Shown: positions 1 through 8,719, numbered from the stretch's first letter. The stretch is 20,284 nt of DNA from an uncultured Spirochaetota bacterium (GCA_963745235.1 CAVUXE010000070.1:1-20284); one strand, 5' to 3'. The notes: generated from the letters alone by a model not told the origin. Program-made: numbers and translations.

Positions 1-9
1 ATATAGGAG

Positions 10-261
10 CTAGCTGATCGGTGGGAAGCGGCGTAGAATGGGGGAGCGGAAGCCTCCCCCATTTCGGCGTGCCTTCGATAAGCAGTTTCTTGGTAAAGGC
101 GATGTCCGCTGATCCCGAAGCTTATGGAAGTACTTCTGGGTAGCGACATTCATTAAGTTGGTACTGAATATGCGTCCATCGGACAAACGGCATATCTGCT
201 CGTCCTTTGCCCAAGGTTGTAGATAATGCCGCCAAACATAGCGCCGCTTTTTCTTTGTCAT
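10..261 (-). pseudogene. 5' fragment of a DUF4238-like protein
   Basis: MTKKKRRYVWRHYLQPWAKDEQICRLSDGRIFSTNLMNVATQKYFHKL resembles the DUF4238 N-terminus (HYVxxxYLxxW ... NVAxExxFY). The resemblance ends after about 50 aa. GAGGG-like RBS upstream. Confidence 0.55.
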
Positions 262-328
262 GCTTTCCCTCGGCCCTTTCCGATGCAGTCTCTATGACGG
301 CGCGATCCCAAATCCAAATCTAGTCTGC

Positions 329-386
329 GCCTAACATAGAGTCACGCCGCCTAGCCGCATCAGCCCGGCCGTGTCGGCTGTTACCA
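329..386 (-). other. Possible degenerate integron attC-like site
   Basis: Minus strand reads TGGTAAC-AGCCG-ACACGGCCG...CGGCGTGA-CTCTAT-GTTAGGC (58 bp). It ends in a perfect GTTRRRY and folds with a bulged G. The left core does not fit RYYYAAC. Confidence 0.3.
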
Positions 387-510
387 ATCCGCTGCCCCGG
401 TTTAAGAGGTTGGTTTCAAGGATTTGTTGTCCGCCATTTGGCCTGAGTGAACTTCTGATTCTTGGCGCGAGTTACAGTACGTCTCCGCGCGTTGGGTAGA
501 GGTGTGGAGC

Positions 511-756
511 TCATGGATCCAGATCAGGCACCGGTTCGGTAGTTCCATCAGCACCACCAGTCGAGCGGAAAGCTTCATCTATTTGGCGAATTGCCTCGCG
601 GATCTCGTCTTCTCGCTCTGCACTACTAATAAAAGAGCCTTCGGTTTGAACAAAAGCACACTCCTCAATGCTAGGTGAACCTCGTTGAAGAACCTCTACC
701 CCATTATTATAAGGGGGCCAGATCCTCTCTCCAAAGGGGTCAAGAGAATGATTCAT
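511..756 (-). CDS. Short hypothetical ORF or gene remnant
   Basis: 81-aa acidic ORF with no recognisable motif and no clear RBS. Confidence 0.25.
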   Translation of the reverse strand: MNHSLDPFGERIWPPYNNGVEVLQRGSPSIEECAFVQTEGSFISSAEREDEIREAIRQIDEAFRSTGGADGTTEPVPDLDP

Positions 757-852
757 GTGGCTCGCCTTGACGCAGCAGCGCTGCTTCCTGGCAAGGCTTC
801 GACGGGTTGCGTGGAAATGGACGGATCAGGTGCAAACATTCGCGCTGCGCCT

Positions 853-1070
853 GATGATAGCCCAGCTGCAGATGAAGCTGCAGCGGCTGTGCCAGCGGCT
901 CGTAGCGCAAGGAAGATTCAAGGCGGAGTACAGTTTTCACGACCTGCGCAACGCCTTCGCCGAGACGAACGCGGGTAGCGGCCTGAGGTGGCTTCAACGG
1001 AGGCTGGGACATGCGGCAATCGCAATCTCGAAAAGAGGAACACCTTGGCTGTGGACACAAGAAGTTGTGA
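853..1070 (+). pseudogene. C-terminal remnant of a tyrosine recombinase/integrase
   Basis: Within ORF 755..1189: YSFHDLRNAFA (HxLR box, 938-952) and WLQRRLGHAAIAIS (LGH, 1004-1012). No catalytic Tyr after LGH and no box-I Arg region. Boundaries approximate. Confidence 0.75.
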
Positions 1071-1152
1071 TGGCGGAAAGCCGCACGATAGCGGAATTAT
1101 GGAACCTTGACCACTTCGTTCGGACGCTCAGTCGGCATGCGGTGGAACGATG

Positions 1153-1182
1153 TTGCACGAAGCACTGGCAGTACGCGATAAT
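1153..1182 (+). promoter_or_regulatory. Putative sigma70-type promoter of the LacI gene
   Basis: TTGCAC (1153-1158), 18 nt, GATAAT (1177-1182); followed by AAGGAG at 1189-1194. Confidence 0.35.
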
Positions 1183-1208
1183 GGGTTAAAGGAGCCCCAA
1201 AGATTTCC

Positions 1209-2276
1209 ATGGTAACGCTAAAAGAAGTCGCCGCGGCGGCCGGAGTTTCAACGGCGACAGTTTCCCTGGTTCTCAACAACAAGCCCGGTGTGAACGCCAA
1301 GACCAAGGAGAAGGTGCTCGAAATTTCGAAGACCCTCGGATATACGCCCAACGGCATCGCCCAGCAGCTTGCCACACGACGATCCCTGACCATCGGGCTC
1401 ATCGTTACCGACATTGAGAACCCGTTCTTCGCTGCGGTGACGAAATACCTCGACCAGTTCACGAAGGAGGCGGGTTACGGGTTGATCCTCGAGATCTCTG
1501 ATGACGACCTGGACAGGGAAGAGACCAGCATCAGGGACCTGATCGGCAAGATGGTGGAAGGCTTCGTAATCGTTCCCACCCTCCGCAAGCTTCGGCAGGA
1601 TTTTTCGATCTTCGACCGGCTGCGGGCGTTGGGAATCCCGTACGTGTTCCTGACGTCATACTATCCTGGCCATGATTGCAATTGCGTCATGACGGACCTG
1701 GAACAAGGATCGTACCTCGTCACAAAGCACCTGATCGGCTTGGGCCGCCGGGACATCGTCCTTCTGGCTCCGCACGATCCGCGCGTCGTTCCAGCTGCGC
1801 TACGGATCAACGGCTTCAAGAAGGCCCTTCGTGACGGAGGGTGTGCGTTTCGTGAGGACATGATTGTCCGCTGCAAGGAGCCCAACTTCAGGTGCGGCTA
1901 TGAACGGACGGCGAGCTTCATCAAGCGGAGGAAGCCAGACGCCATCATGGCCATCAACGACATCCTCGCCCTCGGAGCGAAACGAGCCGTCAGCGAAGCT
2001 GGCTATCAGGTGCCCCAGGACATCGCCGTTGCCGGGTTCGATGACGTCATTTTCTCGTCGATCTCCGAAGTCCCGCTGACCACGGTGAAACAGGATGTAC
2101 CAGAAATGTGTCGGCTTGCAATCCAGGACCTCATGGCGCTCCTCGTCCTGAAGGATCCCTACAAGAGGCGTTTCTTTTTTCGCTCGCTGCGCCCCGAGCT
2201 GATCGTGCGCGCTTCCACGTTTCGCAATGGGACGCCGCCCGCAGCGGGAGGCATGCGCGGACCTGGCCAGGTCTAG
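1209..2276 (+). CDS. LacI/GalR family transcriptional regulator
   Basis: HTH TLKEVAAAAGVSTATVSLVLN; hinge LGYTPNGIAQQL; sugar-binding domain with NPFF, AINDILALG, VPQDIAVAGFDD, PLTTV, LIVRAST. Confidence 0.97.
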   Translation: MVTLKEVAAAAGVSTATVSLVLNNKPGVNAKTKEKVLEISKTLGYTPNGIAQQLATRRSLTIGLIVTDIENPFFAAVTKYLDQFTKEAGYGLILEISDDDLDREETSIRDLIGKMVEGFVIVPTLRKLRQDFSIFDRLRALGIPYVFLTSYYPGHDCNCVMTDLEQGSYLVTKHLIGLGRRDIVLLAPHDPRVVPAALRINGFKKALRDGGCAFREDMIVRCKEPNFRCGYERTASFIKRRKPDAIMAINDILALGAKRAVSEAGYQVPQDIAVAGFDDVIFSSISEVPLTTVKQDVPEMCRLAIQDLMALLVLKDPYKRRFFFRSLRPELIVRASTFRNGTPPAAGGMRGPGQV

Positions 2277-3478
2277 CGAGGATACTTCGGCAGCTTCGGA
2301 ACGACGTCGTTGTTGATGTCCGGGCCGAAAAACTTGAGGATCTCGAGGTCGGCAACTCCTGTGTTCACGAAGGTGACTCCCGCTGTTGCCTTCTCATGCG
2401 TGATGAGGAGTTCATCCAGCTCGAACTGTCCTGCCGCGATTTCCATCCTGTCTGCTGTTCCGCTTCCCCGCCACACCAAGACGTTGTAGACGCCGTTTTC
2501 CCTTGAGGTGATCCTGGCCCCGGGTTTCACGACAAGCCTCTTTCCGCTGAACTTCGTCGTGTTGTAGTAGATCCAATCCTCCGTGGCCTTCGCCTCTACG
2601 GGCACAGCGATGGGTACCGGCGGCGTGTGGTGATGCTCGTAGAAGTAAGGATCAGCATTTTCATCCCAGAGGAGCTGATTCAACGCGGCCCTTTCACCAT
2701 GCTTTTCCCGCTCCTGCGGCGGCACATCCTTCAGGAGCAGGCTCTTGGAAACCTTCAATCCGTCCACGACCGCCTGGAGAACGCCCATGACATCGGAGGG
2801 CTCTTGCAGCTCGATGGTCAACGCCGTGCCCGGCGCATGGAGAAGCCCGGAGGGAAGATGGAAGCCCTCTCCGGGGACGTTCAGGTAGGCACGCGAGTGC
2901 ATCAGGATAAGATCGCTGTCCCATTTTTGAAGGTACGGGAGAAGAACGTCGTATTGCTTCTTCTGCTCAACGAGGTAGGGATGGACGCCGAAAAAAGTCT
3001 CGGGATGGCGCCCCATGTCCACGTGCTCCGGGTAATAGTAGGCTTCTTCTTTGGAGGTACGGCCGATCTTGCCGGCATCTGCCTGTACCTGGTGATAGTG
3101 GTAAAAAATGCGGCTTTCGAAATCATAAAGCTTGGCCAGCCTTCCCAGGCTGCGGTGCGACGCGGAATACTGAGCGCCCATGATCTGCCGCGGACACTCC
3201 CTGACCGCGTCGCGAAGGAGAATGTCCTGGCCCTCAATCTCCAGCATGGACAGACCCTCGTTGAGGTGTCTCACGACATTGTCCGCCTCTGTTTCGGACG
3301 CGAGCCATCTCTCGCAGATGCACCCCCGCTTGCCAACGCCGTATTGATCCTCACGGAGGCCAAGCCGTTTGCCCGGCCGGAGAAAATCTCGCGCAACCCA
3401 TGCCGGTCGCAGGCGTAAAATGCCGCTGTTCTTCCCTATCTCACTTTCAACGATCTTCTTGAGCAAAGCCCGTTCCAT
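2273..3478 (-). CDS. Type I phosphomannose-isomerase-like (RmlC cupin) protein, substrate unknown
   Basis: PMI-I-like motif order: ERWLAS, AKLYD, YHYHQ, KEEAYY, LPSGLLHAPG, IELQEPSD. GGAGG RBS. Last gene of the sugar ABC operon. Confidence 0.7.
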   Translation of the reverse strand: MERALLKKIVESEIGKNSGILRLRPAWVARDFLRPGKRLGLREDQYGVGKRGCICERWLASETEADNVVRHLNEGLSMLEIEGQDILLRDAVRECPRQIMGAQYSASHRSLGRLAKLYDFESRIFYHYHQVQADAGKIGRTSKEEAYYYPEHVDMGRHPETFFGVHPYLVEQKKQYDVLLPYLQKWDSDLILMHSRAYLNVPGEGFHLPSGLLHAPGTALTIELQEPSDVMGVLQAVVDGLKVSKSLLLKDVPPQEREKHGERAALNQLLWDENADPYFYEHHHTPPVPIAVPVEAKATEDWIYYNTTKFSGKRLVVKPGARITSRENGVYNVLVWRGSGTADRMEIAAGQFELDELLITHEKATAGVTFVNTGVADLEILKFFGPDINNDVVPKLPKYPR

Positions 3479-3511
3479 CGAGTAGCCTCCCTGTTCTCTC
3501 TTTACCGCAGC

Positions 3512-4507
3512 TCAGTCCGAGCCTCTCACGGAGTTTCTGATCACCTCAATGCCGACCGCGCTGATCAGGAGGAGACCGGATACGACGTATTGCCAATACG
3601 CGCCGACCCCGAAAATGTTCAATGCGTTGTTGATCACCGCGAAAAAGAGGGCGCCGGTAAAGGAGCCGAACAAGGTCCCGCTCCCGCCCTTGAGGCTCGT
3701 TCCCCCGACCACGACGATCGCGATTGCATTCAGCTCATACCCGCTTGCCATGATTGCGTTCGCGGAGGAAAGCTCTCCTGCAAGAAGGATCCCCGCAATA
3801 GCAGTGCAGGCCCCGACGATCGAGAAGCAGATGGTCTTGATCCGGTTCACCGGAACACCGACTGTCCGGCTGGCAGTCTCGCTGCTTCCGATGGCGCGGA
3901 TGAAACGTCCGTAGACGGTCCTGCCAAGGAAGAGGGCGCACAGGATATACACGACGATCATGATGAGAAAGGGAATGGGAACGACGCCGACCAGGGTGTC
4001 GGTTCCAATCGCCCGCAGGAATCCGCTCCCAATCCCGAGAACCTGCCCCTTGGTAGCGATGAAGGCAACACCGAGGTACACGTTCATCATGCCCAGCGTG
4101 GCGATAAACGCTGGTATCTTCATCTTCGTGACGACAAAGCCGTTCACCAGTCCGAGTGCGATTCCGATCATGATCGTACCGATGACGGCGCCGCCAACCG
4201 AGGCGGGTGAAAGGATGGCGAGAGCGATTCCGCTTACTCCCAGGATGCCGGCGACGGAAAGATCGAACGCGCCCGCGATGATCAGGAGAGTCATCCCTGC
4301 GGCACCGATCCCGGCGAAAGAGGATTGGAGAAGGATGTTTGCGTAGTTGCCAGGGCGTCTGAAGTTCGGATTAATGATGCTAAGGACCACGACCGCAATC
4401 ACGAGCAGGGCCTGGATGTAATACTTCAGCAGAAGCTCCCCGAGACCCGATCCCCCCGTTGCCGTCGATTTGCCCCCCTGTATGGCCTCACGCTGTGCCG
4501 TTTTCAT
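3512..4507 (-). CDS. Monosaccharide ABC transporter permease (RbsC/BPD_transp_2 family)
   Basis: GMTLLIIAGAFDLSV, IPAFIATLG, GRFIRAIGSSETASRTVGV, GYELNAIAIVVVGGTSLKGG. Confidence 0.95.
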   Translation of the reverse strand: MKTAQREAIQGGKSTATGGSGLGELLLKYYIQALLVIAVVVLSIINPNFRRPGNYANILLQSSFAGIGAAGMTLLIIAGAFDLSVAGILGVSGIALAILSPASVGGAVIGTIMIGIALGLVNGFVVTKMKIPAFIATLGMMNVYLGVAFIATKGQVLGIGSGFLRAIGTDTLVGVVPIPFLIMIVVYILCALFLGRTVYGRFIRAIGSSETASRTVGVPVNRIKTICFSIVGACTAIAGILLAGELSSANAIMASGYELNAIAIVVVGGTSLKGGSGTLFGSFTGALFFAVINNALNIFGVGAYWQYVVSGLLLISAVGIEVIRNSVRGSD

Positions 4508-4512
4508 GCGTC

Positions 4513-5532
4513 CTATCTCCGCCTCAATATCGAGCTCACAACCAGGTCGCGACGCAGCGTATCCAGGTACAGCGCGAGGACGAGGAGCAGTCCGAGGTAG
4601 AGGTACTGGTAGAAGGCCGCCACCTTGAGGATGTTGAGAGCGCTGCTTATGGTGGCAAGGAGGAGGGAGGCGATGAGCGTCCCTGCGAGGTTTCCACTCC
4701 CACCGGCAAGGCTTGTGCCGCCCAGGACGCTAATGGTGATGGTCTGCAGCTCGAAGCCGGCTCCCAACGTCCCGTCCACAATCAGAAGCTGTGCGCTTAA
4801 CATCACACCGGAGACGGCCGCTGTGAGCCCGACCAAGCCGAAAACAAGCAGGGTCGTGCGGTCGATGTTGATCCCCGAAGCAATGGCCGCCCTTCGGTTT
4901 CCTCCGATGGCGCAGACATGCCGGCCGAACGGCATGTGGCGAAGCAGGAAGTAGAGCAAGACGAACGCGACCACAACAATGATCAGCGGCACAGGCACGC
5001 CAAGGAGCTTGCCATTGTTGATGGCGGCGAATTCCCTGTGCCCGGTGATCATCACGGATTGTCCCTTCGTGGTGAGCAATGCCACCCCGCGAATCACGCT
5101 CATCATGCCGAAGGTCGCCACGAAAGCGGGCATGCGAAGCCGTGTGACAAGAACGCCGTTTATCAATCCCAGGCAAATTCCAACCGCCAGGGCGCCGAGA
5201 ATCGCGAGCGGCATGCTCGTGACCTGCATCAGAGCTGCCGCCGTGATTGCGGTGAAGGCCTGGACCGAGCCGACGGAGAGGTCGAACCCCCCCATGGCGA
5301 TGGCGAAGGTCATGCCGAAGCCTGTGACTGCTGCGATCGAGGCAATGATGATCGTGTTCGTGATATTCGTGTAGGTGAAAAAGCCAGGCGCAATGAGGGA
5401 AGCGACAATGATAACCAGGATCAGCAGCGTCAGGACGCCGAGGCTCTCGAAAAACTGGAAAAATCGTACGATGAGAGGAGCGGAGCGCGCGGCAGTCCCG
5501 ACCGCTGCGGCTGCTTTCCTATGGGGTTCCAT
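4513..5532 (-). CDS. Monosaccharide ABC transporter permease (RbsC family), second subunit
   Basis: GMTFAIAMGGFDLSVG, MPAFVATFG, FGRHVCAIGGN, GFELQTITISVLGGTSLAGG. Start moved from 5613 to ATG 5532 (MEPHRK), which has a GGAGG RBS and overlaps the end of the ATPase gene. Confidence 0.93.
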   Translation of the reverse strand: MEPHRKAAAAVGTAARSAPLIVRFFQFFESLGVLTLLILVIIVASLIAPGFFTYTNITNTIIIASIAAVTGFGMTFAIAMGGFDLSVGSVQAFTAITAAALMQVTSMPLAILGALAVGICLGLINGVLVTRLRMPAFVATFGMMSVIRGVALLTTKGQSVMITGHREFAAINNGKLLGVPVPLIIVVVAFVLLYFLLRHMPFGRHVCAIGGNRRAAIASGINIDRTTLLVFGLVGLTAAVSGVMLSAQLLIVDGTLGAGFELQTITISVLGGTSLAGGSGNLAGTLIASLLLATISSALNILKVAAFYQYLYLGLLLVLALYLDTLRRDLVVSSILRRR

Positions 5533-7045
5533 CGCGTTCCTCCGTGACCCCGCTGCCGATCGCCAGCGCCGTGACGTTGTCCTCCGTGATCTGTTCTTTG
5601 GCCAGCGTGCCATTCATTCGTCCTGCTGTGAAGACGATGCAGCGGTCGCTGACGGCAACGAGCTCCGGAACGTCGGAGGAGCTCACGAGGATGGCGTATC
5701 CCTGCGCGGCCAGCCTTCGGATCAGGGCATGAATCTCCATCTTCGTGCCAACATCGACTCCGCGGGTGGGCTCATTGAGGAGAAAGATGCGTGACTTGCT
5801 GACGAGCGAGCGACCGATCATGACTTTCTGCTGGTTCCCACCGCTCAACTTCGTGATGAGCTGATGGGGGGAATACGCGCGGATGCTGAGCAGGTCACGG
5901 ATGCGCTCGTACTCCTTCAGCTCGCCCGCGGAATCCAACACGAGCCTTCCCCTGCGTCCGCCTGTCCGTGCTGCGCTGATCATCAGGTTTTCGAGGACCG
6001 CGAGGTCGGGGAAAATCCCTTCGGTCTTTCGGTCCTCGGCAAGCATCGAAAGCCCCTCTCGTATCGCTTCTTGGGGGTTCTTCAGCGCGGCCTGCTTTCC
6101 GTCGATCTCAACACTGCCGTGGGAGCGCTGCTCCAGGCCGAAGAGACACCGCATGAGCTCGAAGCGGCCCGAGCCGATGCGACCGGCACACCCCAAGACC
6201 TCGCCGTAGGAGAGGTCGAATGAAATGTCGCGCAGGGCACCGGGCACGGAAAGCTCCCGAACGGAAACAGCGGTACCCTTTCTCGTTTCCTCGATACGGG
6301 AGACCGTCGGCTGTCGCACAAGCGCGCGTCCCAGCATCATGGTGACGACATCATCCTGTTTAAGGTCCGCAAGCTGGCGCGTATCCACTCGGGCGCCATC
6401 CCGCAGCACGGTGACTCGATCCGCGATGCGGAAAACCTCGTTCAGGCGGTGTGAGACATAGAGCACTGCGACTCCCTGCTTCTTCATGGAGAAGATGATC
6501 TCGAATAGACGATCGACCTCCGCCGCATTCAGGGCCGCCGTCGGCTCGTCCATCATGATGACGCGGAAATCGGCGCAGAGGGCCTTCGCGATCTCGATGA
6601 GTTGTCGGTCTCCCACGTCGAAATACTCTACGCGCTGGTTCAGAGGTACTTTCAGCCCCAGGCTCCGGAGGGTCTCCTCCGCGCGACGACGAACCTCTTT
6701 CCAGTCGATGAAAACGCCCGTGCGCACCGGCTCGCGGCCGAGGAAAATGTTCTCCGCCACCGTCAATTGCGGCACGAGATTGAACTCCTGCGCGATCGTG
6801 CTGATTCCCGCCCGTTTCGCCTCGAAGGAATTGTTGAACTGTGTCGGCTTTCCATCAAGAACGATACTGCCGGCCGTGGGACGGATAAGACCGCTGATGA
6901 TATTGATCAGGGTGCTCTTGCCTGCCCCGTTTTCCCCCATCAAGGCATGGACCTCTCCGGGCAAAAGGTCGAGATCCACCTCGTTCAGGGCCCTGACGCC
7001 CGAAAACTGCTTTGTAATTTTCACTGCCTGCAGGACAGGACCCAT
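5519..7045 (-). CDS. Monosaccharide ABC transporter ATP-binding protein (RbsA/MglA type, two NBDs)
   Basis: Walker A GENGAGKST, MMDEPT, YVSHRL, second-domain LSGGNQQK and NEPTRGVDVG. GAGG RBS. Confidence 0.97.
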   Translation of the reverse strand: MGPVLQAVKITKQFSGVRALNEVDLDLLPGEVHALMGENGAGKSTLINIISGLIRPTAGSIVLDGKPTQFNNSFEAKRAGISTIAQEFNLVPQLTVAENIFLGREPVRTGVFIDWKEVRRRAEETLRSLGLKVPLNQRVEYFDVGDRQLIEIAKALCADFRVIMMDEPTAALNAAEVDRLFEIIFSMKKQGVAVLYVSHRLNEVFRIADRVTVLRDGARVDTRQLADLKQDDVVTMMLGRALVRQPTVSRIEETRKGTAVSVRELSVPGALRDISFDLSYGEVLGCAGRIGSGRFELMRCLFGLEQRSHGSVEIDGKQAALKNPQEAIREGLSMLAEDRKTEGIFPDLAVLENLMISAARTGGRRGRLVLDSAGELKEYERIRDLLSIRAYSPHQLITKLSGGNQQKVMIGRSLVSKSRIFLLNEPTRGVDVGTKMEIHALIRRLAAQGYAILVSSSDVPELVAVSDRCIVFTAGRMNGTLAKEQITEDNVTALAIGSGVTEERDGTP

Positions 7046-7083
7046 GACACCTCACCCCGCCCGAGAGTCGGCGCTGCCGAAAG

Positions 7084-7112
7084 GGGCGGCAGCCGGGACC
7101 CGGCTGCCGCCC
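7084..7112 (-). terminator. GC-rich intergenic stem-loop between binding-protein and ATPase genes (partial terminator or mRNA stabiliser)
   Basis: Perfect 14-bp inverted repeat GGGCGGCAGCCGGG-A-CCCGGCTGCCGCCC; only a short U-run (CTTTC) follows on the minus strand. Confidence 0.75.
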
Positions 7113-7137
7113 AGAATGACTAGACGTTGTATTGCGA

Positions 7138-8117
7138 TTACTCCGCGTTGGTCTTGTCGATCACCTTCACGGGGAAGTAGACCGACTTGGAGGCGGGATC
7201 GGAGAAATCGACTGGCTGATTATTCATGAGCTTCGTGGCAATATCTACTGCCTTCTGACCTTGTCCATAGGGATCCTGACGGATGGTGGCTGCCATGTCG
7301 CCGGACTTGATCAGCTCAATGGCGGGGGGATCCCCGTTGAAGCCCACAACAAACACGTCGGTCACACCATTCTTGCCCGCGGCCTTCAGGGCCTGGACTG
7401 CGCCCTCGGCTTCCGGATCGTTCGCCGCGTAGATGGCGGCGAGATTGGGGTTCGCCGAAAGAGTGTTCTGTGTCACCTGGTAGCCGCCTTGGACGGTATC
7501 GTTCCCGTTCAGCGTGGCGACGACCTTGAAGTCAGGGTTTTTCGCTATCTCGTCAACAAAGCCCTTGATGCGAAGATCACCCACCGCGGAACCCGGATGC
7601 AGCTGGATCGCGAGGACTTCCTTTGTCCCCGGCTTTCCCTTGAGTGCGTTCACCACGTACTGGGCAGCGAGCTTACCGCCGCCTTCATTGTCGGAAAGGA
7701 CGAAAGCGTCGTAATCCCCTGCAACGCCAACATCTCCGATGATGACCGGGATTTTCGCCTTGTGCGCGGCGTCAATGACCGCGGGGAGTGCCGGTGGCTG
7801 AACCGGAGAAACAATGAGGGCGCTGATGCCCTGATTGATCAGGTCGACGCTGCCGGATACCTCGGCCTGCTGGCTGCTCTTCTGATCCGCAAGAACGAAC
7901 CCGTATCCTGCAGCCTTCGATGCGTCCTCAATGCCCTTTGCATACGCCTGCCAGTACGGCTGCTGCATGTCATACACGGAGTAGCCGATGACGACCTTGT
8001 CCTTTTTGACGAATTGCCCGGCCGGCTCCTGCCGTGCCCTGCTCTTTCGCGCCGCCTGCGAACAGCAGGCCCGCGGTCAGGAGCGAGAGGCTCGATGATC
8101 CCCAAGGTTCTTTTCAT
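7138..8117 (-). CDS. Sugar ABC transporter substrate-binding protein (RbsB/Peripla_BP_4 type), two apparent frameshifts in the 5' end
   Basis: ATG 8117 with AAGGAGG RBS gives MKRTLGII; next frame gives SLSLLTAGLLFAGGAKEQG; third frame gives GQFVKKDKVVIGYSVYDMQQPYW, continuing as ORF 7138..7977 (SDNEGGG, AANDPEA, VVGFNG, ATIRQDP). Confidence 0.9.
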
Positions 8118-8153
8118 TTCGACCCTCCTTGAGTCAGATTGGTTTCGAGCGCG

Positions 8154-8169
8154 TTTAAAGCGCTTTAAA
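8154..8169. promoter_or_regulatory. LacI-type operator
   Basis: Perfect 16-bp palindrome TTTAAAGCGCTTTAAA with the AAGCGCTT core typical of LacI-family sites; lies at the predicted transcription start. Confidence 0.8.
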
Positions 8170-8175
8170 TTCAGT

Positions 8176-8203
8176 AGACTACGACATCCGGTGAGTTTGT
8201 CAA
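8176..8203 (-). promoter_or_regulatory. Sigma70-type promoter of the left ABC operon
   Basis: Minus strand TTGACA (8203-8198), 16 nt, TAGTCT (8181-8176). Confidence 0.65.
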
Positions 8204-8529
8204 GGGTTTCACAACAGCATAAGACCACCACTGCCCAAAATACTGGTCGAAGGGTTTGGAAGGCTCTTGCGGTTGTTTGGGGTGACTCCAAGGTTCGCTA
8301 GTTTTGCGCCCGCCCCTGTAAACAGATGCCAATCGAACCGCTTACAGCGTGTGCCCGTCTCGGGTCACAAGAAGTCTTCATTCCGGTCAAACCCCCTGGT
8401 AGACAAGAAGCCCGCTATGGGAAGAGGACGCTGGCTACTCGAGACAAAGAAGCTCATCGTTTATGAGTCGGGATCCGTTTCCTACTCTGTATAGAGGGCC
8501 ATAGTCCGATGCACGGAAACACATAGTGA

Positions 8530-8558
8530 TTGACTCAACTCATTCGGCAGTATATAAA
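8530..8558 (+). promoter_or_regulatory. Sigma70-type promoter upstream of the recombinase
   Basis: TTGACT (8530-8535), 17 nt, TATAAA (8553-8558). Confidence 0.6.
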
Positions 8559-8719
8559 TAGGCAACATAGAGCTACGGATCGGAACAGAGCGATGGGACC
8601 GCCGGCCAGATTCAGGGTTACTGAAGCTGAAGGCATTGCACAGGAGATGCGGCTATCGACGTGTTGCACCTGTTCAGCGATGTCTTCAGGAGGCCTGATG
8701 TCGCACCGAAGTTTTTCTT

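Noticed and set aside
1081-1106. dif-like look of CACGATAGCGGAATTATGGAACC after the integrase remnant
   Set aside because: Weak arm symmetry and no match to the 9764 site.
5533-5613. Arg-rich N-terminal extension of the permease in the ORF track
   Set aside because: Overlaps the ATPase; ATG 5532 has a proper RBS.
5750-5790. Walker B Asp-to-Asn in the second NBD (LLNEPT; LLNAPT in the other ATPase)
   Set aside because: The second site of tandem-NBD sugar ATPases is normally degenerate, so this is not evidence of inactivation.
7132-8301. 389-aa plus-strand ORF, and similar ones such as 2627..3418, 3590..4210, 4918..5547 and 6486..7229
   Set aside because: Antisense shadows of well-supported GC-rich genes, with no motifs.
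8360-8455. Three ACAA(A)GAAG motifs about 36-40 bp apart as a possible CRISPR or iteron array
   Set aside because: Repeats are too short and irregular, with no cas or rep genes.
333-8572. AACATAGAG repeated at 333-341 and 8564-8572 as possible attL/attR
   Set aside because: Only 9 bp, expected by chance in 20 kb, and it would exclude the intact recombinase.
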